This document shows positions 1-12,599 of a stretch of DNA of 64,000 nucleotides, piece by piece; the stretch's first letter is position 1, and every line of letters starts with the position of its first letter. The DNA is from Vicugna vicugna (lineage: Eukaryota). The stretch covers positions 2,999,523 through 3,063,522 of the forward strand of contig MU058463.1 of NCBI GenBank assembly GCA_013265495.1, written 5' to 3'. The notes beneath the pieces are model-generated. The model did not search any database. It was not told the origin of the DNA and saw only the letters and a program-made list of their open reading frames with translations. The translations under genes were made by a program, and so were the position numbers.

Positions 1-164
1 GGGTTCCAGTATGAGGACATTCAGGAAAGAGGGAAAACGGGGAAATCTAGGCATGTCTAGGAAATAACGGCTAAAGCGATGTAGAATAAAACGTATGTAT
101 ATAAATGGTAGATCCCATGAAGGACCTCTCACAGCGATTCAGGAAAGAAAATGCGGTAGAGGCA

Positions 165-255
165 ATTTGTTCTTTTATTTATTGATTCATTTGTTTGGCT
201 GCTGTTTACTGAGCTCCTCCTACATGCCAGGTACTGCTGTGGGCAATGTTTATTA
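165..255 (-). mobile_element. L2 3' end fragment
   Basis: ATTGATTCATTTG...TTTACTGAGCTCCTCCTACATGCCAGGTACTG resembles the reverse complement of the L2 3' tail. Confidence 0.6.
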
Positions 256-2438
256 AGGAGGGGATGTGTGAAAGAAATGACGCGAAGCCTTGGACAGAAT
301 ATGAAGACATGTAGGTATCAGGTATGCAGGCGAGGATGAAGTCCTCAGGCGTTCAGAAGAAAATCACCAATATGTCTGAGAGAAAAGTGCCTTGTACTGG
401 AGCCCAAGGAGTTAAACTAAGTCTAAATGGGAAAAAAAAAAATCCTGTAGCATTGACTTCCGTTCATTAATTCAACACGGTTTTAATGGAGCCCCCTACT
501 CTGGGCAAAGCGCCGTGACAGCAGGGGAAGGGATTCTGCCCTTCCTTCTAGGATGTGTTGCAGCAGCGCACAAGCCTGGCTGGGACGGTGAGAGCTCAGG
601 GCATAGAGGGCGTGTGACCTCCCTTGATGGGGCAGGAAGCTCTCTGGGCTCCCGCGGCCCTCAGGCCATTTTTGTGGACATCGGCTATCTTTGAACTACC
701 GATTTGCAGAAGTGCCAACTATTAATAGACAGTGGAAAGCAGAGTTTACTGTAAGAGGCTGACAAATATAGATCTGAGATATCATTATACTGCTAATTTC
801 TCTTCTGCCCGCAAAAGCTTTGCTGGCCTGTGGGCATCTTCCTTTCTTTTGCTCTTCTCACTAGCGCACCAGAATAATGGCTGGGTCCCAACCTACTCTG
901 GGTCTGTCTGCAAACAGAGGGCACAAGTTAAAAACAAATTCTGTTATCTTAGACCCAGATTCTTATTTTCATTATTTATCGTCTGACTTAAAAGGACCAA
1001 ACATTTCTTCTCCATCCTTTCCTCCTCTCTCCCCTCCGAGCAGCCCAGAGCATTTGGACTTATATTTATTTTCATGCATGATTTACAAGCCCTCTCTTTG
1101 GGAATTCTGAAGCGAGGTCCTTCACTAATAGAGGATCCTGAAGTCATGTCAGGGAAAGATCTACTTTTGTTTAATGGAGCAATAAACTGGTTATGGAGTC
1201 TCCTTAGAACTTTTTTAAAAGACTGCTGTAGGCAATAGTTTGAATGTCTTCCAAATTCTGAGCCAGTCTTTCTCAGTCTTAAATAATTGCAGAGCTGGCA
1301 CATTTTTGTGATTATCCCAGTGATAGCCTCCCCCAGAAACAGAGCAAAAGGCTCTTAAAATATGTTCCACACTGTGGTTCTTTACATTCATAAAGGTTAA
1401 AATAAAATAAATAGTTCAAACTTCCTGGAGTTTCAGCTACAACTTGAAAAAAATATCCGTGTGCCTCCACTTGTGAAAACGTTTAGATAAATCTCAGATA
1501 TGTTTTTCAAGGGTAATATTATGGAATTTGTATCCATGAATGCAGAAACATAGTGTTGTGGATTTTTAAGTGAATGATAAATATCAGTTTATAGTTTTCA
1601 CTGTAGTGTTGAATTGCTTATCTAGAGTAAGCCATGGTGGAATTATGGCTTGGGACTTTTAACCATTTTTCCCCCCATGGAACTGTTTTCTAGTGCCTCA
1701 ACTTTGCCCTCTAAATTTGTTACAAAATATTCTATTTCGATTCTATTTCCTTATAGACTTCCTTGCCGGTAGGTATTTTAAAACATCATGGTAATATATT
1801 ATTTCTGTGGTTTGTACTTTTTTTCATTTTAACCTTGCAGTTTAGGACTATTTTTCTGCCCTTTAATAAGGTAAATCTATTTTTCTTATCTGCTTATATA
1901 ATGCTGAAGGATTTAACTTGAAGTTTTGCTTTCTTAATAATGCATTATGAAACTAGAAGGTGTAATTTACGTTTGAAGGATGAGACTATCTTTATCAGAA
2001 AATTAAATGAATCAGAAATCTGGTGTTAGTGATGATGTGAAGATGATTACACATTCATCACATTTGTTATTTGTTAGTGTAATGTAGACTTTTGAGTTAT
2101 TATATACATCTGTGAAAATATTGGCTAAATATGAGAACTGGATAAGAAATCTAAGATAGTATGACATGCAAGCCTTATTTATTGACAGGTGCTAATATTT
2201 CCAGAAAAATGCTGTTTGATTAATAATCTCACCTGCTGACAAGAGGCCAAGAATTGAGAGGGATGCTGGGCATAAAATGGTAAACAAGATAAACTCTCTG
2301 GCTGGAAGAGTTTGACATCCAGTGGGGAAGCCATCATGATACTGGGGGGTGCATTTTGTGATGGGAATGTACAGGAAGCCACATGTGATTTGGAGAGTAA
2401 TTCAGTTGTAGGGAAGAGCCAAGAACTCCTAAAGGAGT

Positions 2439-3096
2439 TCTAATAGGCATAACTCTAAAATAATCCCCAGGGAATCATGGATTTGTATGATCCCCTGCCC
2501 CTGAGTGAGGGCAAAACCTGTAATTTACTTCTATCCATGGAAGATGGCAAAGGTGATAGACTATGATTCCTTTGATTATATTATATTATATTATATGGCA
2601 TAGATGGAAGGATTTTGCATGAGTAATTAAGGCTCCTGATCAGTTTAAGTGAACCAGAAGGGACATTCTCTTGGATGGGTTGACCTAATCAATTCTTTAC
2701 AAGAGGCTAGAAGTCAGAGAGATTTGCCTCCTGGCACTGAGGAAGCAGGCTGACATGCTGTGAGAAGGTCATATGGCAAAGGACTGTGGGGGTGGGGGTC
2801 TCTGGAAGCTGAGAGAGGCTCCTGGCTGACAGTCAACAAGAAAGCAGGAATCTCAGTCCTGCAACTGCAAGGAATCATATTCTGCCAGCAACTATATGAG
2901 CTTGGAAGAAGACTTTGAGCTCCAGAAAAGAATGTAGTTCAGCTGACACCTAGATTGCAGCCTGGTGACACCCTCTGCAGAGGACCAACTGGCCTGCACT
3001 AGACCTCTGACCCATAGAAACTGTGAGACGGGCAGTGTACTTTTCAGACTGCTAAATTTGTGGTCATTTGTTATGCAGCAATAGAAACCTAATACA
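2439..3096 (+). mobile_element. MaLR solo LTR (MLT1D/E-like)
   Basis: Typical MLT1 3' end: GACCTCTGACCCATAGAAACTGTGAGA...GCTAAATTTGTGGTCATTTGTTATGCAGCAATAGAAACCTAATACA. Confidence 0.85.
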
Positions 3097-3149
3097 GCTG
3101 AGATGTAACAATGGTACGAAGATGGGGAAAGAATGTCCCAGGATTTTAG

Positions 3150-3470
3150 TGGAGTGGCTAGAATCACAGACTTTGTAGTCAAGATTAACATGGCTTCTCC
3201 TTTAGTCAGTTGACCCTGAGCAGGTTACTTAACCTCTCATTTTTCCTAATCTGTAAGTGGGCATTGTCATTATCACCACCATCACCATCCTTCTCATCAT
3301 CATCATCCCTGTCATCATCACCAGCATTATCATCACCACTACCCATCATCTTCATTTTCTTCTCTGCTATCACCCTCAGCATTCTTTCTTCCTAGTGCTA
3401 TGGTGAAGATTAAAGGAACAAAGCTGTTTGATGATCTTAAACAGAAGTGTAGCACGAACAGAGCCAGGAT
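3150..3470 (+). mobile_element. MIR SINE interrupted by a degenerate triplet repeat
   Basis: MIR core TGACCCTGAGCAGGTTACTTAACCTCTC...ATCTGTAAGTGGG, resuming as GTGAAGATTAAAGGA after the repeat. Confidence 0.7.
3266..3352. repeat. Degenerate (CAT/CAC)n triplet repeat
   Basis: TCATTATCACCACCATCACCATCC...TCATCATCATCATC...; explains the Ser/Pro-rich ORF 3210-3395. Confidence 0.85.
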
Positions 3471-3579
3471 TCTAACTTAGCCTGTCTGACCCTGGGGTCT
3501 TGTTATTTTTCCAGAATGCTCTCTTCAACTGTAATTTATATTCTCATTCTCTATTATGAGCTCATGCTTAACAACGTGA

Positions 3580-3757
3580 TGGAGCTGAGCTGAAAATCCA
3601 GCTTCACTTTGAGCAAGAAATTAAAGTTTTAAGGCTCAAATTCTTCGTATATGAGACATGAGTTAATAGTACCAACCTGACAGGGCTGTGAGAATTCGAT
3701 GAGATAATGTATATGAAATACGTAGCAAAGTACACACTTAAGAATTTCTTCAATTAT
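3580..3757 (+). mobile_element. MIR SINE
   Basis: TTAATAGTACCAACCTGACAGGGCTGTGAGAATTCGATGAGATAATGTATATGAAA resembles the MIR 3' half. Confidence 0.7.
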
Positions 3758-5409
3758 TTAAGAGATGTTTATAGATTATTATTTGCAGCTTTATCATTGT
3801 ATAAATGACACACCTACACGTGTATAAAAAGCTTCTCTGCATTAGGAATAGATTATGGAGGCAAATTATAGTCTCTGTAAAGATCCTTGAAACAAAGACC
3901 TGTTTTCCATGGTCTGGAATGCTTTAGGTCAGATAAATACCGAAAATTAGTTGATGTAATAGATGTTCTGACATTACCCTTCCAATCATTGTGTTTCTTA
4001 TTTTTAAAAATTCTTCACCATAATTATTTCCTGTTATGTGTGGAGACAGCTGAGCAGACTGATCTATATCCCTTGGGTCCTTCTTCTCTGATTATATAAT
4101 TATTTGTTCTTTGATTTTCAAGGGCTGAATCATTGCTTTCTATTTTTATAGCTCCTTTTTTTTCCTTTTTTTTCAGAAGAGCTTGCCTCACTCCATGAAC
4201 AGGTCCTGGTGATATTTAGTTGGCAGAAAGCAAGCTTTTTCACATAACGTGGCTTATTATTACTATAATTTTCTAACCTTGGCAATTGCCAGTGCTAATC
4301 CAGAACAAGGCGAACACGGAAAATGCAGGAAGCTATGATGAAGAATGAGGAAGCTTCGTTTTATGTCCTCAGTTTGCTTTCACAGCCCTTCCCGTGCTGC
4401 TCTGCTTGTTTTATTGGCATCTCTGCTTTCTCCCTTTCTGTCTCATTGGTACAGGCTGTGCTTATTGTTGCCTTGCAAATTATTCTTCCACTTGGCGTTT
4501 GTGGTGGCTAATTGCCTACTAACTTTCTCTCCATTCGAGTAATGAGTGGCAATTTTGCATCCACCTCCACGCAGATACCCTGCTTCTTATCATTATTACA
4601 CTGCGTCTCTTTCTGTCTTATACTCTATTTGACTTCTGTGTATATAATGTCTTTTTTATATGAAGGAAGCAGAAGCCATTGATATTCATAATTATTCCAT
4701 CTTTCCAAGAGCAAGGCAAAAAATGCATTCATATGGCCATTTAGATGAGGGAACTGAATTACAGTTACTAACATTTTCAATAAAGTTTGAAAATTGTGCA
4801 ATTGTACAAACATATCAGTGCCTCTTTATCACTTGAGTCAGGGCAGGGAGCTGAAGTCTGTATTTGCTTTGGAGGAACCGGCTGAGATGCCTGAGTGCCT
4901 GTGGTGAGCTGGCAGTTTAGCTAGGACCCCTTTATTGGTCATCCAGTGGCACATTTCAGACTCTACACAGCTGTGCCCACTGACAAATGGATGGTACCTC
5001 CTTTTTTGGCATGATCTGGACCACAGAGAACCACGAGACAAAAAGCAATAGAGGGCAGTGTTCTTCTGCTGTAAGATTACAGAAGATATGGTGAAGTTAT
5101 TCGTGTGTGGCTCAATTGAATAAGCATTTCTGCCCATAGTCCCCTGATTTTGGCCTGGAGACTCCGCAGGTATCCTCCAAAGGGTAGCTGATTGTTACTG
5201 TCATGATCACTGACAACATTGCTAGTTTAAGGTCTCTCTGAACTTCTCTTAACTCCAGGCTCATCCCTTTCTTAGCCATCTTCGTACCGCTGCCAGAAGT
5301 TTCTACTTTAAACATAAATCTATGTGCCCCCATGCTTAAAAACCATTGCTGTCTCCCAACCGTAAATAGAAGGTGATGATTAAGAGCAAGCACCAGCATT
5401 GGAGCAAGG

Positions 5410-5590
5410 GAACCAAACCTTGGTAACCTTGGAATAGTTATTGTACTTGAGCCTGACCTTCCTTTCCTAAAATGGGGATAATGATATTTACTGCATAGGA
5501 TTTCTGTAAGGATTAAAAATATGTGCGAAGTGCTCAGTGGAGCCCCTTACACAATATGGGTTTTTAAGAAATGCTAGCTCTTAGCTATTC
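5410..5590 (+). mobile_element. MIR SINE
   Basis: TAAAATGGGGATAATGATA...CATAGGATTTCTGTAAGGATTAAA. Confidence 0.7.
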
Positions 5591-6039
5591 TTTTTTTATG
5601 GGTATGATTGATTTAAAGTCAGTATTCCTTTCAGAAAAAAGGAAAAGAATCAGGAGAGACATGTAATTTGGTCTCTTCCTCCAATCCATCAAAACTTATT
5701 GTAATTCAATTGTAAAGCAACTGTAATTCAGTGCTCTGTTTTTTCATGTGCCAGGTTATTTTATATTCAAGTGATCATGACTATTAGAAGAATATTCCAT
5801 TTTTAGAATCTGATTTTAGGAGGTTGACAGAAATGTCAACATAACATGGCCAAAAAGAAATACGTAAACAATCAGATCAAAGAGACTCAGCCAGAAGAGA
5901 ATCACATTCAGAGCAAGAGAGAAAAATGTTCAGAAGAAAATTAAAGAGGCTGACAACAAATTAAATATCATCAGCAAGAACATTTTTATCTGGTGCAAGC
6001 TGCTTTGAGGGTTCTGATTCTTCTTTTGAAAATTCTCAC

Positions 6040-6740
6040 TCATATCAGTCTCTTCGTGTTTGCTGGCCTTCTTCTGGGATGCACCCTGGAATCTACCCAC
6101 AATAACACCTTTGCTCGTTTCACATTTCGCATCCCCTAGCTGGGCCTTCTCTCACTGCCCCTTCTTAAGGTGCTGCTCCCAACTATACCTGTCCTTTCTA
6201 CTGCCTTACTCTACATTATTTTTCCACATAGTGATTTTCACTACTCTGAAATCCTTGTGTATCTGATGCCTTCCCCACTAAAATGTGCACTGCTCAAGGA
6301 CAGGGTTCTATAGACAGAATGTCTGTTTCCTCTCAAAACTGATACATTGAAACCTAATCCCTGTGTGATGCTGTTTGTAGCTGGGACCTTTGGGAGGCAA
6401 TTAGGTCACTGGGATGGGAGCCTCATGAATAGGGTTAGTGCTCTTAGATCCAGAGACTTCTTTCCTTCTGCTGCCATGTGAGGACACAGCGAGAAGACAG
6501 CTGTCTTTGAAACAGGAAGTGGACCCTCACCAGACAATCTTCTAGCACCCTGACCTTGGACTTTACAGCCTCCAGAACTGTGAGAAATTAATCTTCCGGG
6601 TTTATAAGCCACCAGACTGCAGTGGTCTGTTACAGCAGCCCCAGTGGACTAAGACATCGGGGCTTTGTGTTATTCAGAGCTGTATCCCCAGTACCTGGAT
6701 CACAGCTGGATGCCAGAGTGGGTATTCAAATACTTCTAGG
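6040..6740 (+). mobile_element. L2 3' end split by an MLT1A-like LTR
   Basis: CCCCACTAAAATGTGCACTGCTCAAGGACAGGG, then after the LTR TTATTCAGAGCTGTATCCCCAGTACCTGG; the joined halves match the L2 tail. Confidence 0.7.
6306..6656 (+). mobile_element. MaLR solo LTR (MLT1A/MST-like)
   Basis: GGGAGCCTCATGAATAGGGTTAGTGC...CAGCCTCCAGAACTGTGAGAAA...GGACTAAGACA terminus. Confidence 0.9.
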
Positions 6741-7329
6741 CTGAGCAGGTGGAGAATAAGTTCAATGTTCACATCCCCAGGAAGCAATGTTTTAAAGGCC
6801 TTCTACTTTGTGACTTACCGAAGAAATTTTCATTTCACTTCAGTTTCTCATAGATTGAGACTTTTCCCTAAGCAGCTCCTAAGTGAGGGAAAACTGCTTG
6901 GATACCTATTTGCTCTGCAGGGAATTATGAAATTTGCTTAGTGCAGTTACTGGCATATAATGTTTATTAAGTACTAATAATTATTCTAAATATGATAGAT
7001 GGAAAATGAGATTTCTACTCAAGAATATAGCCTGCATTACAACAGCATGAGTATACCGTTCATGAGGGAATCTCTGACCATCACCTCTCTGTCAGACTTG
7101 AAAGACCACACTGGAATTTATCAGCGTGAAAAACAGGAGGCGGTGAATAGTGAGGGCGCGACTGTCAGCACTGATAGGAGGGCATTGAGTAACACCAGCA
7201 GAGCCTCAAAGCAACCACTCCTGAGGTCCTTTCCTGCTCTGAAATGCAGAGCAGTTCTATCGGTCAGATTTTCAAAGTTCTTCCCTATGTTTCTCCATCA
7301 TCCACGTCAGACAGTTCCCAGCTGTGAGG

Positions 7330-7520
7330 AGTCAGGAGCAGAGGTTCCTGATTTAGTTCTGCCACTGTGTGCACATAATTAAATACCACTTAATCTTCTG
7401 GTACCTCCATTTCCTCATCTATAAATGGGAATAATGCTAGCTGCCCAACAGCAGCTCAGAGGAATGTCGTGAAAAGAACGGGGATGGCGGCATGAAAGTG
7501 TATTGACAGATGTAAGCACG
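7330..7520 (+). mobile_element. MIR SINE
   Basis: CTGCCACTGTGTG...CCTCCATTTCCTCATCTATAAATGGGAATAAT core. Confidence 0.7.
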
Positions 7521-9133
7521 AGACTCTTTAAAAAGCGGCACTTAGCACAGCGTGTAAGCCCCTCTCTGGCATCACCAATAGAGACAAAGAAAGGGAAAAA
7601 AAACCCACCTCTGCTATCATTTCAAAAGGCAGTCTTAACTACGTCAAGGACATTCAAGAACTATATCCTGGGTTAAATATTAGCTCTACTGGCAGAGTCT
7701 TCAAACTGTCATTTGGTATCTACTTTAAAAGTATATATAGGAATGACAGATTACAAAGGAAAAAAATAGGACCAAGACCAAGAGAAGAAATAAAAGAAAA
7801 GCGACTCTGTGAATATAGACATGTCTCAATCTGAGCATATGGTAGCTAAAAAAATCCTCACAAAACATTCCTGTTTTTCAGACAGATCATCCTTTTTTTC
7901 TTCTTCTGTCTCCCCTCTCTTTCTGATTTCTCTACAGATTTCCTCAGCTTTGCAGAGGCTCTTTCTGCACATTCAACTTAAGTCAGCTTCCTACACAAGC
8001 ACAAACAACCCTGCTAAAACATTTTGTTCAATGAAGGATAAAGTATATGACTTATCACATTATTATTTTTTTGCAAAAAGCTATTATGTAAATATACAGG
8101 CTTATATGAGCTTAAATAGTCTGAGGCAAGGTTGCAAAGAAAGGGAATACATACACATCTACAGAAGCAATGCTCACAGCCGCCTGGTTTTAACAGACAA
8201 TTGCATACCCTCACTTAAAGGGCAAAGAAGAAACCATAAGTCTATTTTAGTGACTCTGTTCTGAAATGGTGCACTTATTCCTTTTATTATATTTCCAAAT
8301 AAATACATATGGGACCCGTCAGATGTCAAGAGTGGCTCAGAAAAGAGTCGGAATTAGTCACACTGGCACACAGGGCTTGGGAACAATGAATGGTGCTCTG
8401 GAAGACCCTTGAATACAAGCCTATTTGCCTCTTAATCCAAATGAATAATTAATGATAATTATCATGCTGCAGTTATTATCTGTGATAATAATATATCCGT
8501 AAGGTGAATAAATTCAATCTGCTACTATGCAGAAATGGCAACTCATAATATTCTAAAGAAATACAGATATAATTATCAGTATTAATGGTCAAGAAAAAAA
8601 AAGATTTTTATATAAGGAATTACAGCCAAAGGTCTAAAGTAAGGTGGAAATGAATCCTCCTGATAATATTTCTTCCACTGCCATCACTGCTGTGGGCCTG
8701 CTGTGAGGATGTTGGGATTCCTACTTTTGTGGGTAGGTTCCATTTAAGTAAAAGCTTTACTATGCACTTGTGCGCTGCAATCTGCCCATAACATTTCCAT
8801 TGTCGCCTTTCAGAAAATGACTCTGGTTGAGTTTAAGGTCCTGTAGAAGTGCATGCAAAGTGTGTTAGGACAGATTGGGGTGGTTGGGGCGCCAACTTGA
8901 CTATTTAACACTTCAAGGGAAAAAAAAAGCAAAAAGCCAAATAAATAAAATGCAAAGTGTTGGGTTATTCGACTAGCAGTGGAGGTGGGGCAGTGCTGAT
9001 GGGTGACAGTTGTAGGTGGTGGCTGTTCTTTTTGAAACGCTCTAATGACACAGAGTCAACCAGGGGAAGGGACCTGCTCCTTCCTGCCGGTTCACATCGT
9101 CATGGGAAGGCAAGCTGCCTGGCCATCATTTTA

Positions 9134-9197
9134 TGTGTGTGTGTGCATCTGTGTGTGCACACACACATCTCTGTGCACAGATGCACACACACACACA
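9134..9197. repeat. (TG)n/(CA)n inverted repeat
   Basis: 20-bp perfect arms TGTGTGTGTGTGCATCTGTG (9134-9153) and CACAGATGCACACACACACA (9176-9195). Confidence 0.95.
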
Positions 9198-9214
9198 TCC
9201 TTTCTGCAAAAGTC

Positions 9215-10385
9215 AGGACCATGAGGTATAATTTACATAATGTAAAAATAACCCTTTTAAAATTTATAATTTCTTCAGTTTTGGAAAAAGTATACATGCA
9301 ATCATGTAATTTCCATCACAATTTGGATATAGAATCTTTCCATTACCCCTAAAACCTCTTTCAAGGACCTATATAGTCAATCCTCTTTCTCACTCCCAGG
9401 CCACTAGGAACCACCAGATCTCTTTTCTGTCCCTATAATTTTGCCTTTTTCAGAAGGTTATACCAATTAAATCATGTGTAGATTTTTTGGATTTGACTTC
9501 TTTCACTTGGTGTATCTCAAATTATAAACAAGATTACACTGTATAGCACAGGGAAATATACACAAAATGTTATGATAAATCACAGAGAAAAAAATGTGAC
9601 AATGAATGTGTATATGTCCATGAATGACTGAAAAATTGTGCTGAACACTGGAATTTGACACAACATTGTAAAATGATTATAAATCAATAAAAAATGTTAA
9701 AAAGATAAAATTACATGCATTGATAGTTTTCTTTTGCATTTTCTGAGTAAAAGTCCATTGTATGGTTGTAACAAGATTTATTTATTTATTCACCAGTTCA
9801 TGGATATTTGGGTTTTATCCAGTTTGTAACAGTTATGAATAAGGCTGCTATAAAAAGTAACCTGCAGGTCTTTGTATGCACATTTCTCTGGGGCAAATAC
9901 CAAGAAATGGGACTGAGGGGTCAAATAGCAAGTGTGCATTTGACTTTATGGCTGCAAATTACTTTCCAAAGTGGCTGAAATATTTTCTACTCCAGCAATA
10001 GTATATGAGAGTTCCAGTTGCTCTGTATCCTTACCAACATTTGGTATTGTCGGTTTGAAAGACTTTGCCATTCTGGTTAGTTTGTAGCAAGATCTCATTA
10101 TAGTTTTAATTTGCATTTCTCTAATAACTAATGACATTGAACACTTTTTTTCATGTGTACATTTACCATCCATAAATCTTCTTTTATAAGTCGTTTGTTC
10201 AAATATTTTTCCATTAAAAAATTGAGCCATAGGTCTTCTTCTTACTGAGCTGTGAGAGTTTTTTTTATTTGTTTTGGATGTAAGTCCTTCATCAGACACA
10301 TGTTTTGCAAATACTCTTCTCCAGTTTGGGGCTATGTCATCATTTTATAAATAATATCTTTCAAAGAGCAAAAATTCTTAATTTC
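9215..10385 (-). mobile_element. Old L1M (L1MB/MC-like): ORF2 3' end plus 3' UTR
   Basis: ORF 9946-10299(-) contains KKCSMSLVIREMQIKTIMR, matching the L1 ORF2p C-terminal motif; 3' UTR-like sequence runs toward 9215. Confidence 0.9.
9517..9710 (+). mobile_element. Younger camelid-type L1 3' end nested in the old L1
   Basis: CTGTATAGCACAGGGAAATATA...GAAAAATTGTGCTGAACACTGGAATTTGACACAACATTGTAAAATGATTATAAATCAATAAAAAA, opposite in orientation to the host L1. Confidence 0.85.
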
Positions 10386-12599
10386 TTAGCCTATCTGAAT
10401 TTAGCAAGCAAAGTAAAGTGGAGTGATTATGTAGATTAAGACAACTCCCTCTTCCCAAATACATCACTGGTATTTATTGAGCACTAACTACATATAAGGC
10501 TCCAGGCTAAACCTATAAAAGCATATAAACACCAATTTAAGAAAAAAACACACTAGCAAAAGTAACTCAGTAGCTTGTATAATGTTATATGCCATATGCC
10601 ATACCACACTGTGTTCTCTTGTCTTTATATACACAGTGGTAGATAAATAATTTTACTTAGGAAAAATACCTAAAGGCATAGGTATCATCATGAAAGTGGG
10701 GTTTTCCTTTGATAAAATATAAATTTATCTAAATTCTATGATTAGTAACATCTATATCCTTAAGATGTACAAACAGAAAATGTTAACATTACCAGTTATT
10801 TGGCATGTTTGGTATGTTAGCACTGGGAAAAGTAAACTTTTACTTACTGTTGAAATAAGTCTAAAGTATGAGAGGAATATAAGTTCTAGAGCGTGCTTAA
10901 CAGCCAGATTTTTAAAAACATTCTTTAAGAGCAACACTTATGAGGAATTACTATAAAACTTTCAAGGTATGTATGCAAAGGCCTCAGATTTTCAGGTAAA
11001 GTATTTCATGTTCTTCCTCATTACTGACTTGCTAAGCAGATGAGAAAACTTATCAAGTCCACTATTTGCAACAATGTTTAAAGGTCTCTCTTTTTCTCTT
11101 TTTGTGCTATTTCTAAGTTCTTTTGTATTAATTTTGTCTTTCTTTGAATAGTTTTCTCAGAGTTCTAAAGGTGATCTGGTTTCCATCTTCCAGGAACAAA
11201 GGTTTATCTTTTTAGAAGGAGACTTTTGTTTTTTTGTCTTCTTTTTCTTTTAAAACTATATTCACATCATAATTTTGTTTAAAAGTCTAAGTGTTCAGAA
11301 ATTTGAGAACATCAACAATTAATTTGTTGTCACATTGAAAAGAAAAAAGATACAGTATCTTTAAGAGATATGCTGATGAACTACTTATGTTCTGTTTTTA
11401 CTTCTTTTGAGAAAAAAAGAATCCCACAGTAAGAATGCTTATTAGATGTTGGGGAGGGAATAACAAGATTACAAGAGCTCGTTTTCTTGAGGCCTTTGCC
11501 CTTGACAATGAAAAAAAAAAAAGATTTAAACATTTCTGTGGGAAAGACTGTCAGTGACATAAAGTTATGTCACTTTTTTTTTTCCAATTCTGCCCTATTT
11601 GGGCTGTTATGAAATTACTCCATTTCACTGGTTTTAAGTGACTCAGCGGAGCTGGGAGAGAGAAACATATCACTGGAATTAGGACACAGAAAATCCGACT
11701 GATTTTCTTTAAACAAGTGTATATATATTTTCCTAGTTGAGGACAAACTTCAAGTTCTTATTGTGCCTAACAAAATTAAAAATTCATTTTAGAATTGTTG
11801 ATAATAATATTTCAATGTTGTGGTGCCTTTCAATTGAAGAGCCCTGAAAGCTGAGATATAGGGTTGGGTATCTGATATTTAAATATCAGCTTTTAGGAGA
11901 AAAATTGCTTTTCTCTAAATTGTTTGAATAATTGATAACTCAGTACAGAATCACAGATAATCAAGAATTGACTGAACTGGAGAACTTAAAAGAAGTCTTC
12001 CCCGTTCCTTTCTTAGGTATGGAGAAATGAAAAATTATCTTATTTTGAAAGAGGTTCAAGGGTGGGTCCTTAATCCAGTTCATTGTCTGAATCAATTATT
12101 CAATAACACTCAAAGCCAGAAAGTGTCTTGAGTCCAATGCCTCATGCCTTATACATGGGTTTGAGTCCGTTCTTCCGTGGTCACTGTACTCCGGGTGGGA
12201 GCCCCTCATACACTCAAAGACAGTAAGTAGACCTCCCAAGCACTTTAGTCATCTTGGTGACAGGTTTTGAACCTGCCCTGGATTCTCCATTTCCCACCCT
12301 TACGTCAGGGTCTGTGCATCTCCATAGAAGTCTGACTGAAACTGATTAATATGGAGAAAGTGGTGCTTTTGTGCAGCCTAATATTCAAATTGTTTTGTAA
12401 ACACTATAGTGTCATGTTATTAACTTACTCCGAGGTGTTTATTTACTGTGAGCTTCTCATCATTTCTTTTCTGTTTTTACTTAGCTTATTTATTTTCCAG
12501 CTTCTAGATTTGCACTTAGAAATTCCTTATTGGCTCCCCTCCCCTTCACTCCATCAGGTTACCCAGAAGTGGGATCCTATCTTTTGGTGTGATGGAAGG

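Noticed and set aside
6999..7382. 127-aa ATG ORF
   Set aside because: No recognisable domain; runs through MIR-derived sequence; length is within chance expectation for 64 kb
7809..8264. 151-aa ORF, the longest in the track
   Set aside because: Starts at GTG, crosses a polypyrimidine tract and has no recognisable protein features
8957..9352. 131-aa ORF with Cys/His-rich stretch
   Set aside because: The CVCVH/HTH pattern is translated TG/CA microsatellite followed by antisense L1 3' UTR
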